Made by a program: the position numbers and the translations under genes | The notes under the pieces: generated by a model | Seen by the model: the letters and a program-made list of their open reading frames with translations, nothing else | Databases searched by the model: none | What the model was told of the DNA's origin: nothing | Assembly (NCBI GenBank): GCA_964016885.1 | Contig: OZ024751.1 | Span: 52,638,001 to 52,702,000, forward strand | Length of the DNA: 64,000 bases | Source: Eledone cirrhosa | Taxonomy: Eukaryota | Direction: 5' to 3' | Shown here: positions 1 to 14,723 of the stretch, piece after piece | Layout of the letters: the number at the start of each line of letters is the position of its first letter | Position numbering within the stretch: position 1 is the stretch's first letter

Positions 1-43
1 ATATATAAGTATATATATGTATATATATATATGTATATATATG

Positions 44-78
<35 letters not shown>

Positions 79-372
79 GTATATATATGTATATATATGT
101 ATATATATATATATATGTATATATATGTGTATATATATATATGTATATGTATATATATGTATATATATGTATATGTATATATATGTATATATATGTATAT
201 GTATATATATGTATATATATGTATATGTATATATATGTATATAATATGTATATATATGTATATATATGTATATGTATATATATGTATATATATATATATA
301 TGTATATATATATGTATATATATGTATATATATGTGTATATATATGTATATAAATATGTATATATATATATG

Positions 373-451
<79 letters not shown>

Positions 452-452
452 G

Positions 453-505
<53 letters not shown>

Positions 506-535
506 GTATATATATGTATGTATATGTATATGTAT

Positions 536-621
<86 letters not shown>

Positions 622-627
622 ATATAC

Positions 628-676
<49 letters not shown>

Positions 677-678
<2 letters not shown>

Positions 679-1177
679 GTCAGACCTTGACTACTGGGGT
701 CGATTGGAAAACCTGAAACTTTACTCACTCCAACGTCGCCGTGAGCGTTATATTATCTGCATGATGTGGAAAATGTTCCATCATCACTGCCCAAATGATG
801 TTGGCATCGCCTTCAAGATACACTCAAGGCTTGGGCCCCGTGCTATCCGTCCCATTCAAAAATCTAAATCGCAACTCATAACAACAATACGGCACAATTA
901 TTTCACCTCAATCGGCCCTGCTCTCTTCAACATCACACCAGGACACGTCAAAACAGAAACTGACCACACAAAATTCAAGAAGTCTTTGGACAAATTCCTC
1001 CAAGTAATCCCGGACAAACCACCCACACCCGGATATGTCTCCGCAAACAGTAATTCTCTTCTCGAATGGGCCATGGTGCCCAAATCCTGAATTGAAAGAC
1101 TTCGCCAGGTGGTGCTATTAAGTTAGACATGGCCTGGGCCAATACTGGCCAAAACATTTCAAAGTTATTCAAAGTTA
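677..1177 (+). mobile_element. CR1-group LINE family A, 5'-truncated 3' fragment (~500 bp)
   Basis: Encodes [11 protein letters not shown]...[20 protein letters not shown]; near-identical reverse complement of 3198-3697; ends in (ttcaaagtta)x2. Confidence 0.93.
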
Positions 1178-1495
1178 TATATATGTATATGTATATATAT
1201 ATATATGTATATGTATATGTATATATATATGTATATATGTATATTTATATGTATTTATATGTATATATATGTATATATATATGTATATATATATATGTAT
1301 ATATATATGTATATATATATATGTATATATATATGTATATATATATATGTATATATATGTATGTATATATATATGTATATATATATATATGTATATGTAT
1401 ATATATATGTATATATATATATATATATGTATATGTATATATATGTATATATATATATGTATATATATGTATATATATATATGTATATATATGTA

Positions 1496-1560
<65 letters not shown>

Positions 1561-1616
1561 ATATATGTATATATATGTATATAAATATGTATATATATAT
1601 ATGTATATATATGTAT

Positions 1617-1648
<32 letters not shown>

Positions 1649-1649
1649 G

Positions 1650-1680
<31 letters not shown>

Positions 1681-1689
1681 ATATAAGTA

Positions 1690-1790
1690 TATTTATTAAA
1701 ATAACAGATTAAAGTTTAAGCAAAGAATCGCTGCTTTCACCCCCACTTTGGATTTTACTCTTCAATTTTATTATTATTACTATATATAAA
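1690..1790 (-). other. ~100-bp island with degenerate hammerhead-like motif (copy 1)
   Basis: Minus strand reads TTGAAGA..GAAA gcag..ttgc TT then AATAAA; stem I does not form well; duplicated at 8875-8970. Confidence 0.35.
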
Positions 1791-1802
1791 TATTTATATA
1801 TG

Positions 1803-1833
<31 letters not shown>

Positions 1834-2088
1834 GTATATATATGTATATATATATGTATATATATATATATGTATATATATATGTATATATATATATGTA
1901 TATATATATGTATATATATGTATATATATATATGTATATATATATATGTATATATATATGTATATATATATGTATATATATATATGTATATATATATGTA
2001 TATATATATGTATATATATATGTATATATATATATATGTATATATATATGTATATATATGTATATATATATATATGTATATATATATG

Positions 2089-2145
<57 letters not shown>

Positions 2146-2201
2146 GTATATATATATGTATATATATATATATATATATATGTACATATATATATATGTA
2201 T

Positions 2202-2233
<32 letters not shown>

Positions 2234-2288
2234 GTATATATATATGTATATATATATGTATATATATATGTATATATATATGTATATA

Positions 2289-2387
<99 letters not shown>

Positions 2388-2436
2388 GTATATATATATG
2401 TATATATATATGTATATATATATGTATATATATATG

Positions 2437-2471
<35 letters not shown>

Positions 2472-2631
2472 GTATATATATATATGTATATATATGTATA
2501 TATATATATGTATATATATGTATATATATGTATATATATATATATATAGGTATATATATATGTATATATATATAGGTATATATATATATATATGTATATA
2601 TATGTATATATATGTATATATATGTATATCT

Positions 2632-2892
2632 ATCTAAGGCGGGTAAAATTCCCGAGATCCATGGACGAGTTCTCTCCAGCGGTCACTGTCCCTCATTATC
2701 GCTGCCAAAAGTGACACAGAGGAGACTGAGGTTGGCTGGCCATGCTCACCGACATCCAGAGTTGACATTGCACTCAGTGCTCCTTTGGGAGCCCCTACAT
2801 GGGAACACTGGAAGAGGAAGACCAAGGTTAACACATGTTGATGCCCTAAGAACAGACACTGGTCTGTTGGAGATGCAGGATATGGCAGCGAT
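2632..2892. mobile_element. RTE family C 3' fragment with internal inversion
   Basis: 2632-2706 is the reverse complement of ~56810-56882 (element 3' end); 2707-2892 matches 56633-56818 forward. Confidence 0.9.
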
Positions 2893-2957
2893 ATGTATAT
2901 ATATATGTATATATATAGGTACATATATATATGTATATATATATTTGTATATATATG

Positions 2958-2990
<33 letters not shown>

Positions 2991-3057
2991 GTATATATAT
3001 ATAGGTATATATATATATGTATATATATGTATATATATATATATATGTATATATATG

Positions 3058-3097
<40 letters not shown>

Positions 3098-3154
3098 TGT
3101 ATATGTATATATGTATATATATGTATATATATATATGTATATATATGTATATAT

Positions 3155-3196
<42 letters not shown>

Positions 3197-3197
3197 G

Positions 3198-6100
3198 TAT
3201 AACTTTGAATAACTTTGAAATGTTTTGGCCAGTATTGGCCCAGGCCATGTCTAACTTAATAGCACCACCTGGCGAAGTCTTTCAATTCAGGATTTGGGCA
3301 CCATGGCCCATTCGAGAAGAGAATTACTGTTTGCGGAGACATATCCGGGTGTGGGTGGTTTGTCCGGGATTACTTGGAGGAATTTGTCCAAAGACTTCTT
3401 GAATTTTGAGTGGTCAGTTTCTGTTTTGACGTGTCCTGGTGTGATGTTGAAGAGAGCAGGGCCGATTGAGGTGAAATAATTGTGCCGTATTGTTGTTATG
3501 AGTTGCGATTTAGATTTTTGAATGGGACGGATAGCACGGGGCCCAAGCCTTGGGTGTATCTTGAAGGCGATGCCAACATCATTTGGGCAGTGATGATGGA
3601 ACATTTTCCACATCATGCAGATAATATAACGCTCACGGCGACGTTGGAGTGAGTAAAGTTTCAGGTTTTCCAATCGACCCCAGTAGTCAAGGTCTGACAT
3701 GCCATCTATGTTTTTCGTGATTGCCCTTTGAGGAGCTTCAAGTTTCATGATACTTTGTTTCGTGTGGGGAGACCACAGTGGACAACAGTATTCAAGGTGT
3801 GGTCGGGCGAAAGTAGAGAAGAGAAGGATAATGGTGCGGGAATCTCTCGACTGGAAGGTTCTGAGGATCCAGGAACACATTCTGCGGGCCATGTCAACTT
3901 TGCTGCTTATATGCGTGGTCCAGCTTATGTTGCTGTCCACGGTTACTCCCAAGTCTCTGATGTTGTTAGATGCCACGAGAGTTTCCCCGGAGGGAAGGGA
4001 GTACGGGAGTTTCAGAGCATCCTCTTTTCCAAAGTGGATCAGTTCGAATTTGTCCTCGTTCAGTAACATGTTGTTCTTTTCTGCCCATTGGGTAACAGCC
4101 AGTAGGTCTGACTGAAGGCTTATCCGGTCATCCACGCCATTGATGACCTTTTGGAGCTTGGAATCATCAGCGAAAATTTTAATGTTGCTGTGTTTGATGA
4201 TGTCAGTGATGTCATTAATATAGATGATGAAGAGAAGTGGGCCCAACACAGTGCCTTGTGGGACTCCACTACTGACTTTGGCTGGGCTTGATTTGACTCC
4301 CTCAACTACAACATGTTGGGTTCTGTTTGACAGGAAGCTCTTGATCCACTGCAGCAGCTTTCCAGTGACACCAATATTGGACAGCTTTCTCAGTAGAATG
4401 TTATGATCAACCCTGTCAAAGGCCTTGCTGAAATCAAGGTAGATAACATCAGTGTTGGAACCCTCTCCCAAGGCTCTCAAAATGTCATCAAAGTGATGCA
4501 GTAGTTGCGTCAGGCAATCCCTTCCATTACGGAATCCATGCTGGTTGGAGTTCAGCATATTGTTACTCTCAAGGAAGTGGGTCATTCGCGATCTCACCAC
4601 TCGCTCAAATACCTTAATGATATGAGAGGTGAGTGAGATTGGACGGTAATTCACGGCAAGGGATTTGTTTCCCTTTTTGAAAACTGGGACAACAGACTGG
4701 GATAGAAGGTTTTCTGGCACATATCCAGCATCCAGTGAGTTCCGCCACAGATTGGCAAGAGGAGAAGCAAGTTGGTGTTGACACGCCTTCAGGACACAAG
4801 CAGGGAACCTATCGGGACCTACTGCTGAATTATGCTTGATTTCCTTTATTGCCGCCAAGACATCAGGGGCGCCAAACGTTATGTCCGATAAGGTGTAATG
4901 GGGAGTAACATCGCCGATACAGCCCAGATCGGCCATATCAGGATTGCTGAAAACAGAGCAGTATTGTTTCTGCAGTATCTCACCCATGGTTTTAGCATTG
5001 TCTTGAAGAGTGCCATTTTCATCAATTAGAGGGCCAACAGTAGAGCCAGTGATTTTGTGTTTTTTTGCAAATGAAAAGAACACTTTGGGATTGAGTTTGA
5101 TCTTCTCAATGGCCCAGGCCTCTTCAGCTCTTCTCTGATTGTTGATGAGGGACATTATGTTGTTTTGGAGGTTATGTTTTTTAATCTCTAGTGATGAAAT
5201 GGCAGTCAAGTTGATGTGTTGCTGCTGACAGTATTTCAGCTTGTTGATTTTTTTGTTCGTTCTCTTAATTTTTCTGATGAGCGTTTTTCTATTTCTAGGG
5301 ATTCTGCTCTTAGATTTGTTTATAGTTCTTAATGGGGTGTGTTTAGCACATATGTTTGTAACAGTGTCCACAAATGTCTGCCAGGACTTTTTGATGTTAG
5401 TGGGTGTATGAGTGTGCGTGAAGGACCAGTCGACATGTGCAAGATCATGACTGATCGCTTCCCAGTTTGCATTGTGGAAATCCATAGCGTCAAACGGATG
5501 GACAGGAGAGATGACATTGGGTTTGTATATTGGACGGTGGAATCTCAGATCACAGAGAACCATGTCATGATCAGAGAGTAGAGTTTTCTCCACTGCAATA
5601 TTGTGGATATTGTCAGTGTGATTGCTGAAAATTAAGTCTAGGACGTTTTTGTGGCACCTCGTTGGTTCGAGCACTAGTTGGGATAGGAAGAAATCATCCA
5701 TGAAGTCAAGAAGTGATTCCACAGCTTCCCTGTCAGAGGTTGAGGCAGAAGAACCTGGTGGCAGGGTGTTTGTGGACGAGTCCACTCCGGGGAGGTTGAA
5801 GTCCCCCATCATTAAGATGTTGTCAGGGTGACACTCTTGGATGAAACACTTTATGCTGTTGAGGCATTCCTTGAAGCATGGTACAGGCGTTTGGGGTGGC
5901 CTATAGAGCCCAACTACTAATAGGTTGTTGGTTTGACTGAATACAGTGACTGCCTCACAGTATCCATTAGTGAATATGTTCATAGCCTCTGTTGAGAAAG
6001 AATTATGGACATAAATGGCAGTTCCGCCCTTTCTTCTGCCAGCGCGATCAGCACGGATGGCTTTGAAATTTTTCACTTTCACCTCGGCTTCCAAGTGGAG

Positions 6101-6780
6101 GTTACTGAGATGGGTTTCAGTGAGGACGAAGAAAGGGATGTGGTTTGGATGGACATCAATCCAGTCCTCCAGGAATTTGATCTTCCATTTTTGAGTATTG
6201 GTGGAAGGGCTGATGCCTTGGGCGTTAAGCAAAAATGTAGAGGCGAGAGTGGATGGTTTTAATTGTTTTGGTGTGTTGTTAATTTGTTTGTTTGTTTAAA
6301 GGCAGCAATGGGAGTTTGTGCAGTGGGGTGATAGTGGAGGGTGGTGCTGGGTGATAGCTCGAATGTTTTTTTCCAGTTCTTTTGCCAGATTCATTATGGC
6401 TAAAAAAGAGGAAGAAGTTTCCTGTTTAGAAGACTGTTGGTGACTGTGGTAGTGGTTATTTTTATGTAGGTTATGGTTTTTGTTTTTGCTTTTATTTTTA
6501 ATTTTATTTTCATTTATCCGACGGGTCCCGGGAGATGGGTAAAGGGACAATCCCGGTCTAAACACAATCTGTCTCGCAGGGAAAAACGGCAGATTTGTGG
6601 ATTCCTTGTTTGAGTTATTGGTGGTTGTGTTGGTGTTAAATTAGAGTATGTATTATGGTGGTGGCTGTTTGTGGGGATAGATCGTTTTGTCCTAGGTAAA
6701 TGGGTGAATTTGCAGCCACTATCCGTACATATTCTATAGCGTAGAGAGTAGCGGCAAATGATGGGGTTTCGATATATATA
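3198..6780 (-). mobile_element. CR1-group LINE family A, near full length (ORF1 5'-truncated)
   Basis: ORF2 APE-RT plus upstream CCCH zinc-finger ORF1 remnant; TA on both flanks. Confidence 0.93.
3287..6232 (-). CDS. LINE ORF2: apurinic-like endonuclease + reverse transcriptase (CR1 group); no AUG at the start (track begins at TTG)
   Basis: LNAQG, LTETHL, MGDFNLP, LDLIF, SDHD (APE); [38 protein letters not shown] (RT); [10 protein letters not shown]. Confidence 0.95.
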   Translation of the reverse strand: MLNAQGISPSTNTQKWKIKFLEDWIDVHPNHIPFFVLTETHLSNLHLEAEVKVKNFKAIRADRAGRRKGGTAIYVHNSFSTEAMNIFTNGYCEAVTVFSQTNNLLVVGLYRPPQTPVPCFKECLNSIKCFIQECHPDNILMMGDFNLPGVDSSTNTLPPGSSASTSDREAVESLLDFMDDFFLSQLVLEPTRCHKNVLDLIFSNHTDNIHNIAVEKTLLSDHDMVLCDLRFHRPIYKPNVISPVHPFDAMDFHNANWEAISHDLAHVDWSFTHTHTPTNIKKSWQTFVDTVTNICAKHTPLRTINKSKSRIPRNRKTLIRKIKRTNKKINKLKYCQQQHINLTAISSLEIKKHNLQNNIMSLINNQRRAEEAWAIEKIKLNPKVFFSFAKKHKITGSTVGPLIDENGTLQDNAKTMGEILQKQYCSVFSNPDMADLGCIGDVTPHYTLSDITFGAPDVLAAIKEIKHNSAVGPDRFPACVLKACQHQLASPLANLWRNSLDAGYVPENLLSQSVVPVFKKGNKSLAVNYRPISLTSHIIKVFERVVRSRMTHFLESNNMLNSNQHGFRNGRDCLTQLLHHFDDILRALGEGSNTDVIYLDFSKAFDRVDHNILLRKLSNIGVTGKLLQWIKSFLSNRTQHVVVEGVKSSPAKVSSGVPQGTVLGPLLFIIYINDITDIIKHSNIKIFADDSKLQKVINGVDDRISLQSDLLAVTQWAEKNNMLLNEDKFELIHFGKEDALKLPYSLPSGETLVASNNIRDLGVTVDSNISWTTHISSKVDMARRMCSWILRTFQSRDSRTIILLFSTFARPHLEYCCPLWSPHTKQSIMKLEAPQRAITKNIDGMSDLDYWGRLENLKLYSLQRRRERYIICMMWKMFHHHCPNDVGIAFKIHPRLGPRAIRPIQKSKSQLITTIRHNYFTSIGPALFNITPGHVKTETDHSKFKKSLDKFLQVIPDKPPTPGYVSANSNSLLEWAMVPKS

Positions 6781-6783
6781 CAT
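6296..6783 (-). pseudogene. LINE ORF1 remnant with two CCCH-type zinc fingers, frameshifted near 6530
   Basis: [19 protein letters not shown] and [19 protein letters not shown]; continues in another frame as GTRRINEN...SFLAIM. Confidence 0.75.
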
Positions 6784-6816
6784 ATATACGTATATATATG
6801 TATATATGTATATATA

Positions 6817-6849
<33 letters not shown>

Positions 6850-6862
6850 ATATGTATATATA

Positions 6863-6895
<33 letters not shown>

Positions 6896-6902
6896 ATATA
6901 TG

Positions 6903-6937
<35 letters not shown>

Positions 6938-6974
6938 GTATATATATATAGATATGTATATATATATAGAAATG

Positions 6975-7006
<32 letters not shown>

Positions 7007-7070
7007 GATATGTATATATATATATATGTATATATATATATGTATATATATATATAGATATGTATATATG

Positions 7071-7106
<36 letters not shown>

Positions 7107-7120
7107 GATATGTATATATG

Positions 7121-7153
<33 letters not shown>

Positions 7154-7154
7154 G

Positions 7155-7187
<33 letters not shown>

Positions 7188-7202
7188 GAATATATATATA
7201 TG

Positions 7203-7233
<31 letters not shown>

Positions 7234-7284
7234 GTATATGTATATATAAGTATATATATGTATATATATATATGTATATATATG

Positions 7285-7315
<31 letters not shown>

Positions 7316-7366
7316 GTATATGTATATATAAGTATATATATGTATATATATATGTGTATATATATG

Positions 7367-7397
<31 letters not shown>

Positions 7398-7742
7398 GTA
7401 TATATATGTATATATATGTATATATATATATATATATGTATATATATGTGTATATATATATATGTATATGTATATATATGTATATATATGTATATGTATA
7501 TATATGTATATATATGTATATGTATATATATGTATATATATGTATGTGTATATATATGTATATATATGTATATATATGTATATATATGTATATGTATATA
7601 TATGTATATATATATATGTATATATATGTATATATATGTATATGTATATATATGTATATATATATATATATGTATATATATATGTATATATATGTATATA
7701 TATGTGTATATATATGTATATAAATATGTATATATATATATG

Positions 7743-7817
<75 letters not shown>

Positions 7818-7818
7818 G

Positions 7819-7895
<77 letters not shown>

Positions 7896-7925
7896 GTATA
7901 TATATGTATGTATATGTATATGTAT

Positions 7926-7985
<60 letters not shown>

Positions 7986-7997
7986 GTATATGTATAT

Positions 7998-8029
<32 letters not shown>

Positions 8030-8240
8030 GTATATGTATATGTATATATATATGTATATGTATATATATATGTATATATGTATATTTATATGTATATATA
8101 TGTATATATATATGTATATATATATATGTATATATATATATGTATATATATATATGTATATATATATGTATATATATATATATGTATATATATGTATGTA
8201 TATATATATGTATATATATATATATATATGTATATGTATA

Positions 8241-8281
<41 letters not shown>

Positions 8282-8364
8282 GTATATATATGTATATATA
8301 TATATGTATATATATGTATATATATATATGTATATATATGTATATATAAATATATATATATGTA

Positions 8365-8409
<45 letters not shown>

Positions 8410-8503
8410 ATATATGTATATATATTATATAAATATGTATATATATATATGTATATGTATATAAATATGTATATATATATATGTATATATATGTATATAT
8501 ATG

Positions 8504-8538
<35 letters not shown>

Positions 8539-8639
8539 GAATATATATGTATATATATGTATATAAATATGTATATATATATATGTATGTATATATATGT
8601 ATATAAATATGTATATATATATATGTATATATATATATG

Positions 8640-8704
<65 letters not shown>

Positions 8705-8744
8705 GTATATATATGTATATATATATGTATATATATGTATGTAT

Positions 8745-8778
<34 letters not shown>

Positions 8779-8786
8779 GTATATGT

Positions 8787-8836
<50 letters not shown>

Positions 8837-8874
8837 GTATATGTATATGTATCTATATATATATATATATATAA

Positions 8875-8970
8875 GGATATTTATTAAAATAACAGATTAA
8901 AGTTTAAGCAAAGAATCGCTGCTTTCACCCCCTCTTTGGATTTTACTCTTCAATTTTATTATTATTACTA
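8875..8970 (-). other. ~100-bp island with degenerate hammerhead-like motif (copy 2)
   Basis: Near-identical to 1690-1790. Confidence 0.35.
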
Positions 8971-9250
8971 TATATAAGTATTTATATATATATAAGTATT
9001 TATATATGTATATATATATATATATGTATATATATATGTATATATATGTATATATATATGTATATATATGTATATATATATATGTATATATATATATGTA
9101 TATATATATATGTATATATATATGTATATATATATATGTATATATATATATGTATATATATATGTATATATATATATGTATATATATATGTATATATATA
9201 TGTATATATATATATATGTATATATATATGTATATATATATATGTATATA

Positions 9251-9305
<55 letters not shown>

Positions 9306-9312
9306 GTATATA

Positions 9313-9350
<38 letters not shown>

Positions 9351-9363
9351 TATATATATGTAT

Positions 9364-9395
<32 letters not shown>

Positions 9396-9504
9396 GTATA
9401 TATATATGTATATATATATGTATATATATATGTATATATATATGTATATATATATGTATATATATATGTATATATATATGTATATATATATGTATATATA
9501 TATG

Positions 9505-9539
<35 letters not shown>

Positions 9540-9564
9540 GTATATATATATGTATATATATATG

Positions 9565-9599
<35 letters not shown>

Positions 9600-9639
9600 G
9601 TATATATATATATGTATATATATATATGTATATATATAT

Positions 9640-10550
9640 GTAAATCTAGAGTAAATCTAGCTAAGACAAAAGTGTTGATGAGTAGAAAAGAGGACAAAAC
9701 CCTGATTCCGTCAGGGAAATGGCCATGTTCGATATGCAGAAAAGGAACTGGCATTAATTCTATAAAATGCACACAATGCAGATCCTGGGTACACAAGAGA
9801 TGTAGCGGGATAGCAGGCAAATTAACAGGTAGGGAGAAATATGTATGCAGTAGATGTACAGGGAAATTAGACAGTAGAAGTCGCACTGATAGACACATTT
9901 TTCAAATGCGAGAGGGCGCTATAGAAGTGGTGGATAGATTCCGGTACCTGGGAGAGCAGATTAGCATGGGAGGAGGGTGTTCCGAGGCCATAGTATCTAG
10001 AATAAGGACGGGTTGGAAGAAGTTTAGGGAGCTGCTTCCTCTGTTGACGAAGAAGGGTTTCTCCCTGCGTACGAAAGGCCGGTTGTATGATGCCTGTGTG
10101 AGGAGCGCGATGCTGCATGGTAGTGAGACATGGGCAGCAACCGCAGAGGATATGCGACGGCTGGAGAGAAATGAGGCAAGCATGCTCCGTTGGATGTACA
10201 GTGTAAATGTGCGTGAACGACCCAGCATAAATGTGTTGAGAGAGAAACTGTGTCTGAGAGGGATAGAATGTAGTGTACGGGAGAGGAGACTGAGGTGGTA
10301 TGGACATGTGATGCGCATGGAGGATGACCGATGGGTGAAGAAGTGCCAGGAAATGCCAGTTGAAGGAAGACGTGGTAGAGGTAGACCACGAAAAACATGG
10401 GCAAAGGTGGTGAGAACAGACCTCAGATCATTGAAGCTCACGGTGGAGATGACGAGGGACCGTGACGAGTGGAGAGATGCTGTGCTGAATAAGACCCGTC
10501 CCACCCTTGCAAGCAGGGAAAAGCGGACGTAAAATGATGATGATGATGAT
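9640..10550 (+). mobile_element. RTE family A, 5'-truncated 3' fragment with (GAT)n tail
   Basis: [12 protein letters not shown]-like finger..[22 protein letters not shown]; matches 60191-61075 on the minus strand. Confidence 0.95.
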
Positions 10551-10569
10551 ATATATGTATATATATATG

Positions 10570-10602
<33 letters not shown>

Positions 10603-10750
10603 GTATATATATATATGTATATATATATATGTATATATATATATGTATATATATATATATGTATATATATATATGTATATATATATATGTATATATATAT
10701 ATGTATATATATATATGTATTTATATATATGTATGTATATATATATATGT

Positions 10751-10791
<41 letters not shown>

Positions 10792-10795
10792 TATG

Positions 10796-10826
<31 letters not shown>

Positions 10827-10877
10827 GTATATATATATATGTATGTATATATATATATGTATGTATATATATATATG

Positions 10878-10967
<90 letters not shown>

Positions 10968-11601
10968 TGTATATATATGTATATATATATATATGTATAT
11001 ATATATATGTATATATATATATATGTATATATATATGTATATATATATATATATATATGCGTATATATATATATATATATATGTTTATATATATATATAT
11101 ATATATATGTGTGTATATATATATATATGTATCTATATATCTGTATATATAAGAATATATATGTATATATATGTATATATGTGTATGTATATATATGTAT
11201 AAATATGTATATATATGTATATATATATATATGTATATATATATATGTATATATATGTATATATATGTATATATATGTATATATATATATGTATATATAT
11301 GTATATATATGTATATATATGTATATATATATATATGTATGTATATATATGTATATATATGTATATATATATATAGGTATATATATATAGGTATATATAT
11401 ATATATGTATATATATGTATGTATATATGTATATATATATGTATATATATATATGTATATATATATGTATATATATATATGTATATATGTATATATATAT
11501 ATATGTATATATATATGTATATATATATGTATATATATGTATATATATATGTATATATATATATATGTATATATGTATATATATATATGTATATATATAT
11601 G

Positions 11602-11632
<31 letters not shown>

Positions 11633-11817
11633 GTATATATATGTATATATGTATATATATACATATACATATACATATATATATATACATATATATATAT
11701 ATACATATACATATATATATATATATGTATATATATATGTATATATATATATGTATATATGTATATATATGAAATATATGAAATATAAGAATCAAAGAAC
11801 TGTTCAAAACATTATTG

Positions 11818-11864
11818 TGCTTACAGCTGTTTCCTCCAAACCGAGGTTTGGATTCTTCGGAGCA
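11818..11864 (-). ncRNA. Minimal type I hammerhead ribozyme (CCGAAGA core) in a solo ~140-bp island (11770-11912)
   Basis: Minus strand: tgct CCGAAGA a tccaaac ctcg gtttgga g GAAA cagctg TA^ agca; stems I and II and palindromic stem III all pair. Confidence 0.8.
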
Positions 11865-12062
11865 ATTTATTAATGCATGGACAGTTATATGACCTCCTTT
11901 TCAGCCGAGAGATATGTATATATATATATGTATATATATGTATATATATATATGTATATATATATATATGTATATATATTTGTATATATATATGTATATA
12001 TATGTATATATATATGTATATATATGTATATATATATGTATATATATATGTATATATATATG

Positions 12063-12093
<31 letters not shown>

Positions 12094-12140
12094 GTATATA
12101 TATATGTATATATATATGTATATATATATGTATATATATG

Positions 12141-12175
<35 letters not shown>

Positions 12176-12406
12176 GTATATATAGATATGTATATATATG
12201 TATATATATATGTATATATATATATATATGTAAATATAAAGTATATATATATGTATATATATATATGTATATATAAAGTATATATATATATATATGTATA
12301 TGTATATATATATGTATAAAGTATATATATATGTATATATATATATGTATATATATATATGTATATATAAAGTATATATATATGTATATATATGTATATA
12401 TATATA

Positions 12407-14597
12407 TCATCATCATCATCATCATCAACGTTTAACGTCCGTGTTCCACGCTTGCATGGGTTTGGACGGGGGTAGTCCCACTTGAGGCAAGAGTGATTGT
12501 CTTGCTCGCATAGGACTGTCTGGCAGGTTTTCTACAGTTGGATGCCCTTCCTAACACCAACCACATTTACAGTGTGGGTCTGGGAGGTTTTTACCGTGTT
12601 GCCTACACGGCCACATTACAGCGTGGACTGTGTGTTTTTTTGTCGTGACACCTACACGATCTCATTTGTTTCGGCCCGGATGGCGCGGCACCAACATAAC
12701 TTTACATAGGACGGGGTGGTGTGGATGGGGTGGGGGTGGTGGTGGTGGGACGGGGTGTATTTTGTTAGAGATGCCTACTGGCAAGGCGGGTCTTCTCTGT
12801 TACTGAGTACCGCCAAAGGTCTCGGTCCAGTGACATTGTCTTGGAGAGGTGTAAGTGTGTGAGGTCGGAGTTTATCAGCTCGTCCCAGGTTTTTCTAGGT
12901 CTGCCTATTCCGTGGCTACCGTCTATCTTTATTGCCCTGCACTTTGTTATACAGCTATCGACTTTCATGCGCGTCACGTGTCCATACCAACGTAGCCTTC
13001 TCTCGAGTAAACAACATCTGATCCCTCTTATCTCTAATTTTTTCCTTAGTTCGTTTATGCTTTGCCGTTCACGTATATTACTGTTACACATCCAGCGGAG
13101 CATGCAAGCTTCGTTCCTCTCTAGTCTGCGTATATCCTCTGCACACAATGCCCAGGTCTCACTGCCATGCAACATTGCTGTTCGTATGCAGGCATCGTAC
13201 AACCTGCCTTTCATTTTTAGGGAGAACCCTTTAGCAGCTAATAGTGGTATAAGCTCTCTGAACTTTTTCCAACCAGTTCTGACTCTAGCTACAGTACTTT
13301 CAGAGCACCCTCCCCCACTGCTGATTTTATCGCCCAGGTAACGGAAGCTGTCCACTATTTCTATAGAACCCTCTGCGCAATTGAAAGAGCTAGTATTGTG
13401 TGGGCACTTGCTGCTACTTATTGCACCAGAACACCGGCCACATGTAAAATCTATGTTCTTAGTTAGCTTACCTGTGATCCCACTACATCTTTTATGCACC
13501 CATACTTTGCATTTAGGACACAAAATGGAGTTTCTACCTACGCCTTTCCTACACACCGAGCACGACCATTTCCCAGAAGGGACCGCCGCCTTGTTTTCTT
13601 TCCTACAAACTAGAACTTTGGTCTTAGCCAGGTTAATTTTAAGTCCTTTTGACTCTAGGCCGTGCTTCCATGTTTGGAATTTCTTCTCTAGCTCGGCCAT
13701 TGATTCCGCTATGAGTGTCAGGTCGTCTGCGTATAGGAGTTCCCATGGGCAGCCTGTCTTGAACTCCTCTGTTATAGCCTGAAGGGCAATAATAAATAGT
13801 AGGGGGCTGAGAACAGAGCCCTGATGGACGCCAACTTTTACGCTAAACTCTTCACTATATTCGTTGTTAATTCTAACCTTGCTGACTGTTTCTTTATACA
13901 TGGCTTGTATAGCCCTCACAAGCCATTCGTCAACGCCTAGTTTTCTAAGAGCCCACCAGATAATGGAGCGGGGGACTCTGTCGAAGGCTTTCTCCAAGTC
14001 GACAAAAGCTAAGTAGAGGGGTTTACCTTTAGCTAGGTACTTCTCCTGTAGTTGTCGTACTATGAAAAGAGCGTCTGTGGTACTTTTGCCTGACACAAAC
14101 CCGAACTGCATTTCATCTAGGTCAATTCTCTCTCTGATTAGTTGCGCTATTACTTTTTCTGTGACCTTCATGACCTGGTCGATTAATTTAATGCCTCTAT
14201 AGTTACTCCTATCTAGGGCGTCTCCTTTACCCTTATAACAGTTAACGATGATGCTGCTATGCCAGTCCTTCGGAACAACCCCATTCTGTACGACTTGGTT
14301 AACTATGCGGGTGACCATGGTGTGTCCCACCGTGCCAGATGCCTTCAGCATCTCAGCAACTATTTCCGAAGGCCCAGCCGCCTTACCTGTCTTCATATCC
14401 TTGATTGCCTTACTTATTATACTCCCCTCGACTAACACTGCTGGTCCCTCTATTGGGTCGACATGGGGGAGACTGTCTTTCTCCCATTTATTCTCCTCAT
14501 TTAGTAGCCTTTCATAGTGACACTTCCAAGCTGCCTTCTTATCAGTGTCGGTGATGGCAAGTATGCCATCATCGTTAAGTACACACTTCTCCCCTCA
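12407..14597 (-). mobile_element. RTE family B, 5'-truncated; RT ORF 12765-14438 open; ~350-bp 3' UTR and (GAT)n tail
   Basis: [41 protein letters not shown]-like finger. Confidence 0.95.
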
Positions 14598-14635
14598 TAT
14601 GTATATATATGTATATATATATATGTATATATATG

Positions 14636-14680
<45 letters not shown>

Positions 14681-14723
14681 GTATATATATATATATATAG
14701 TTATGTATATATATATATAGATA

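Noticed and set aside
677-3697. Inverted pair of CR1-A 3' ends as a DNA transposon TIR
   Set aside because: Both are LINE 3' ends with tails pointing inward and non-mirrored flanks; best explained as independent insertions
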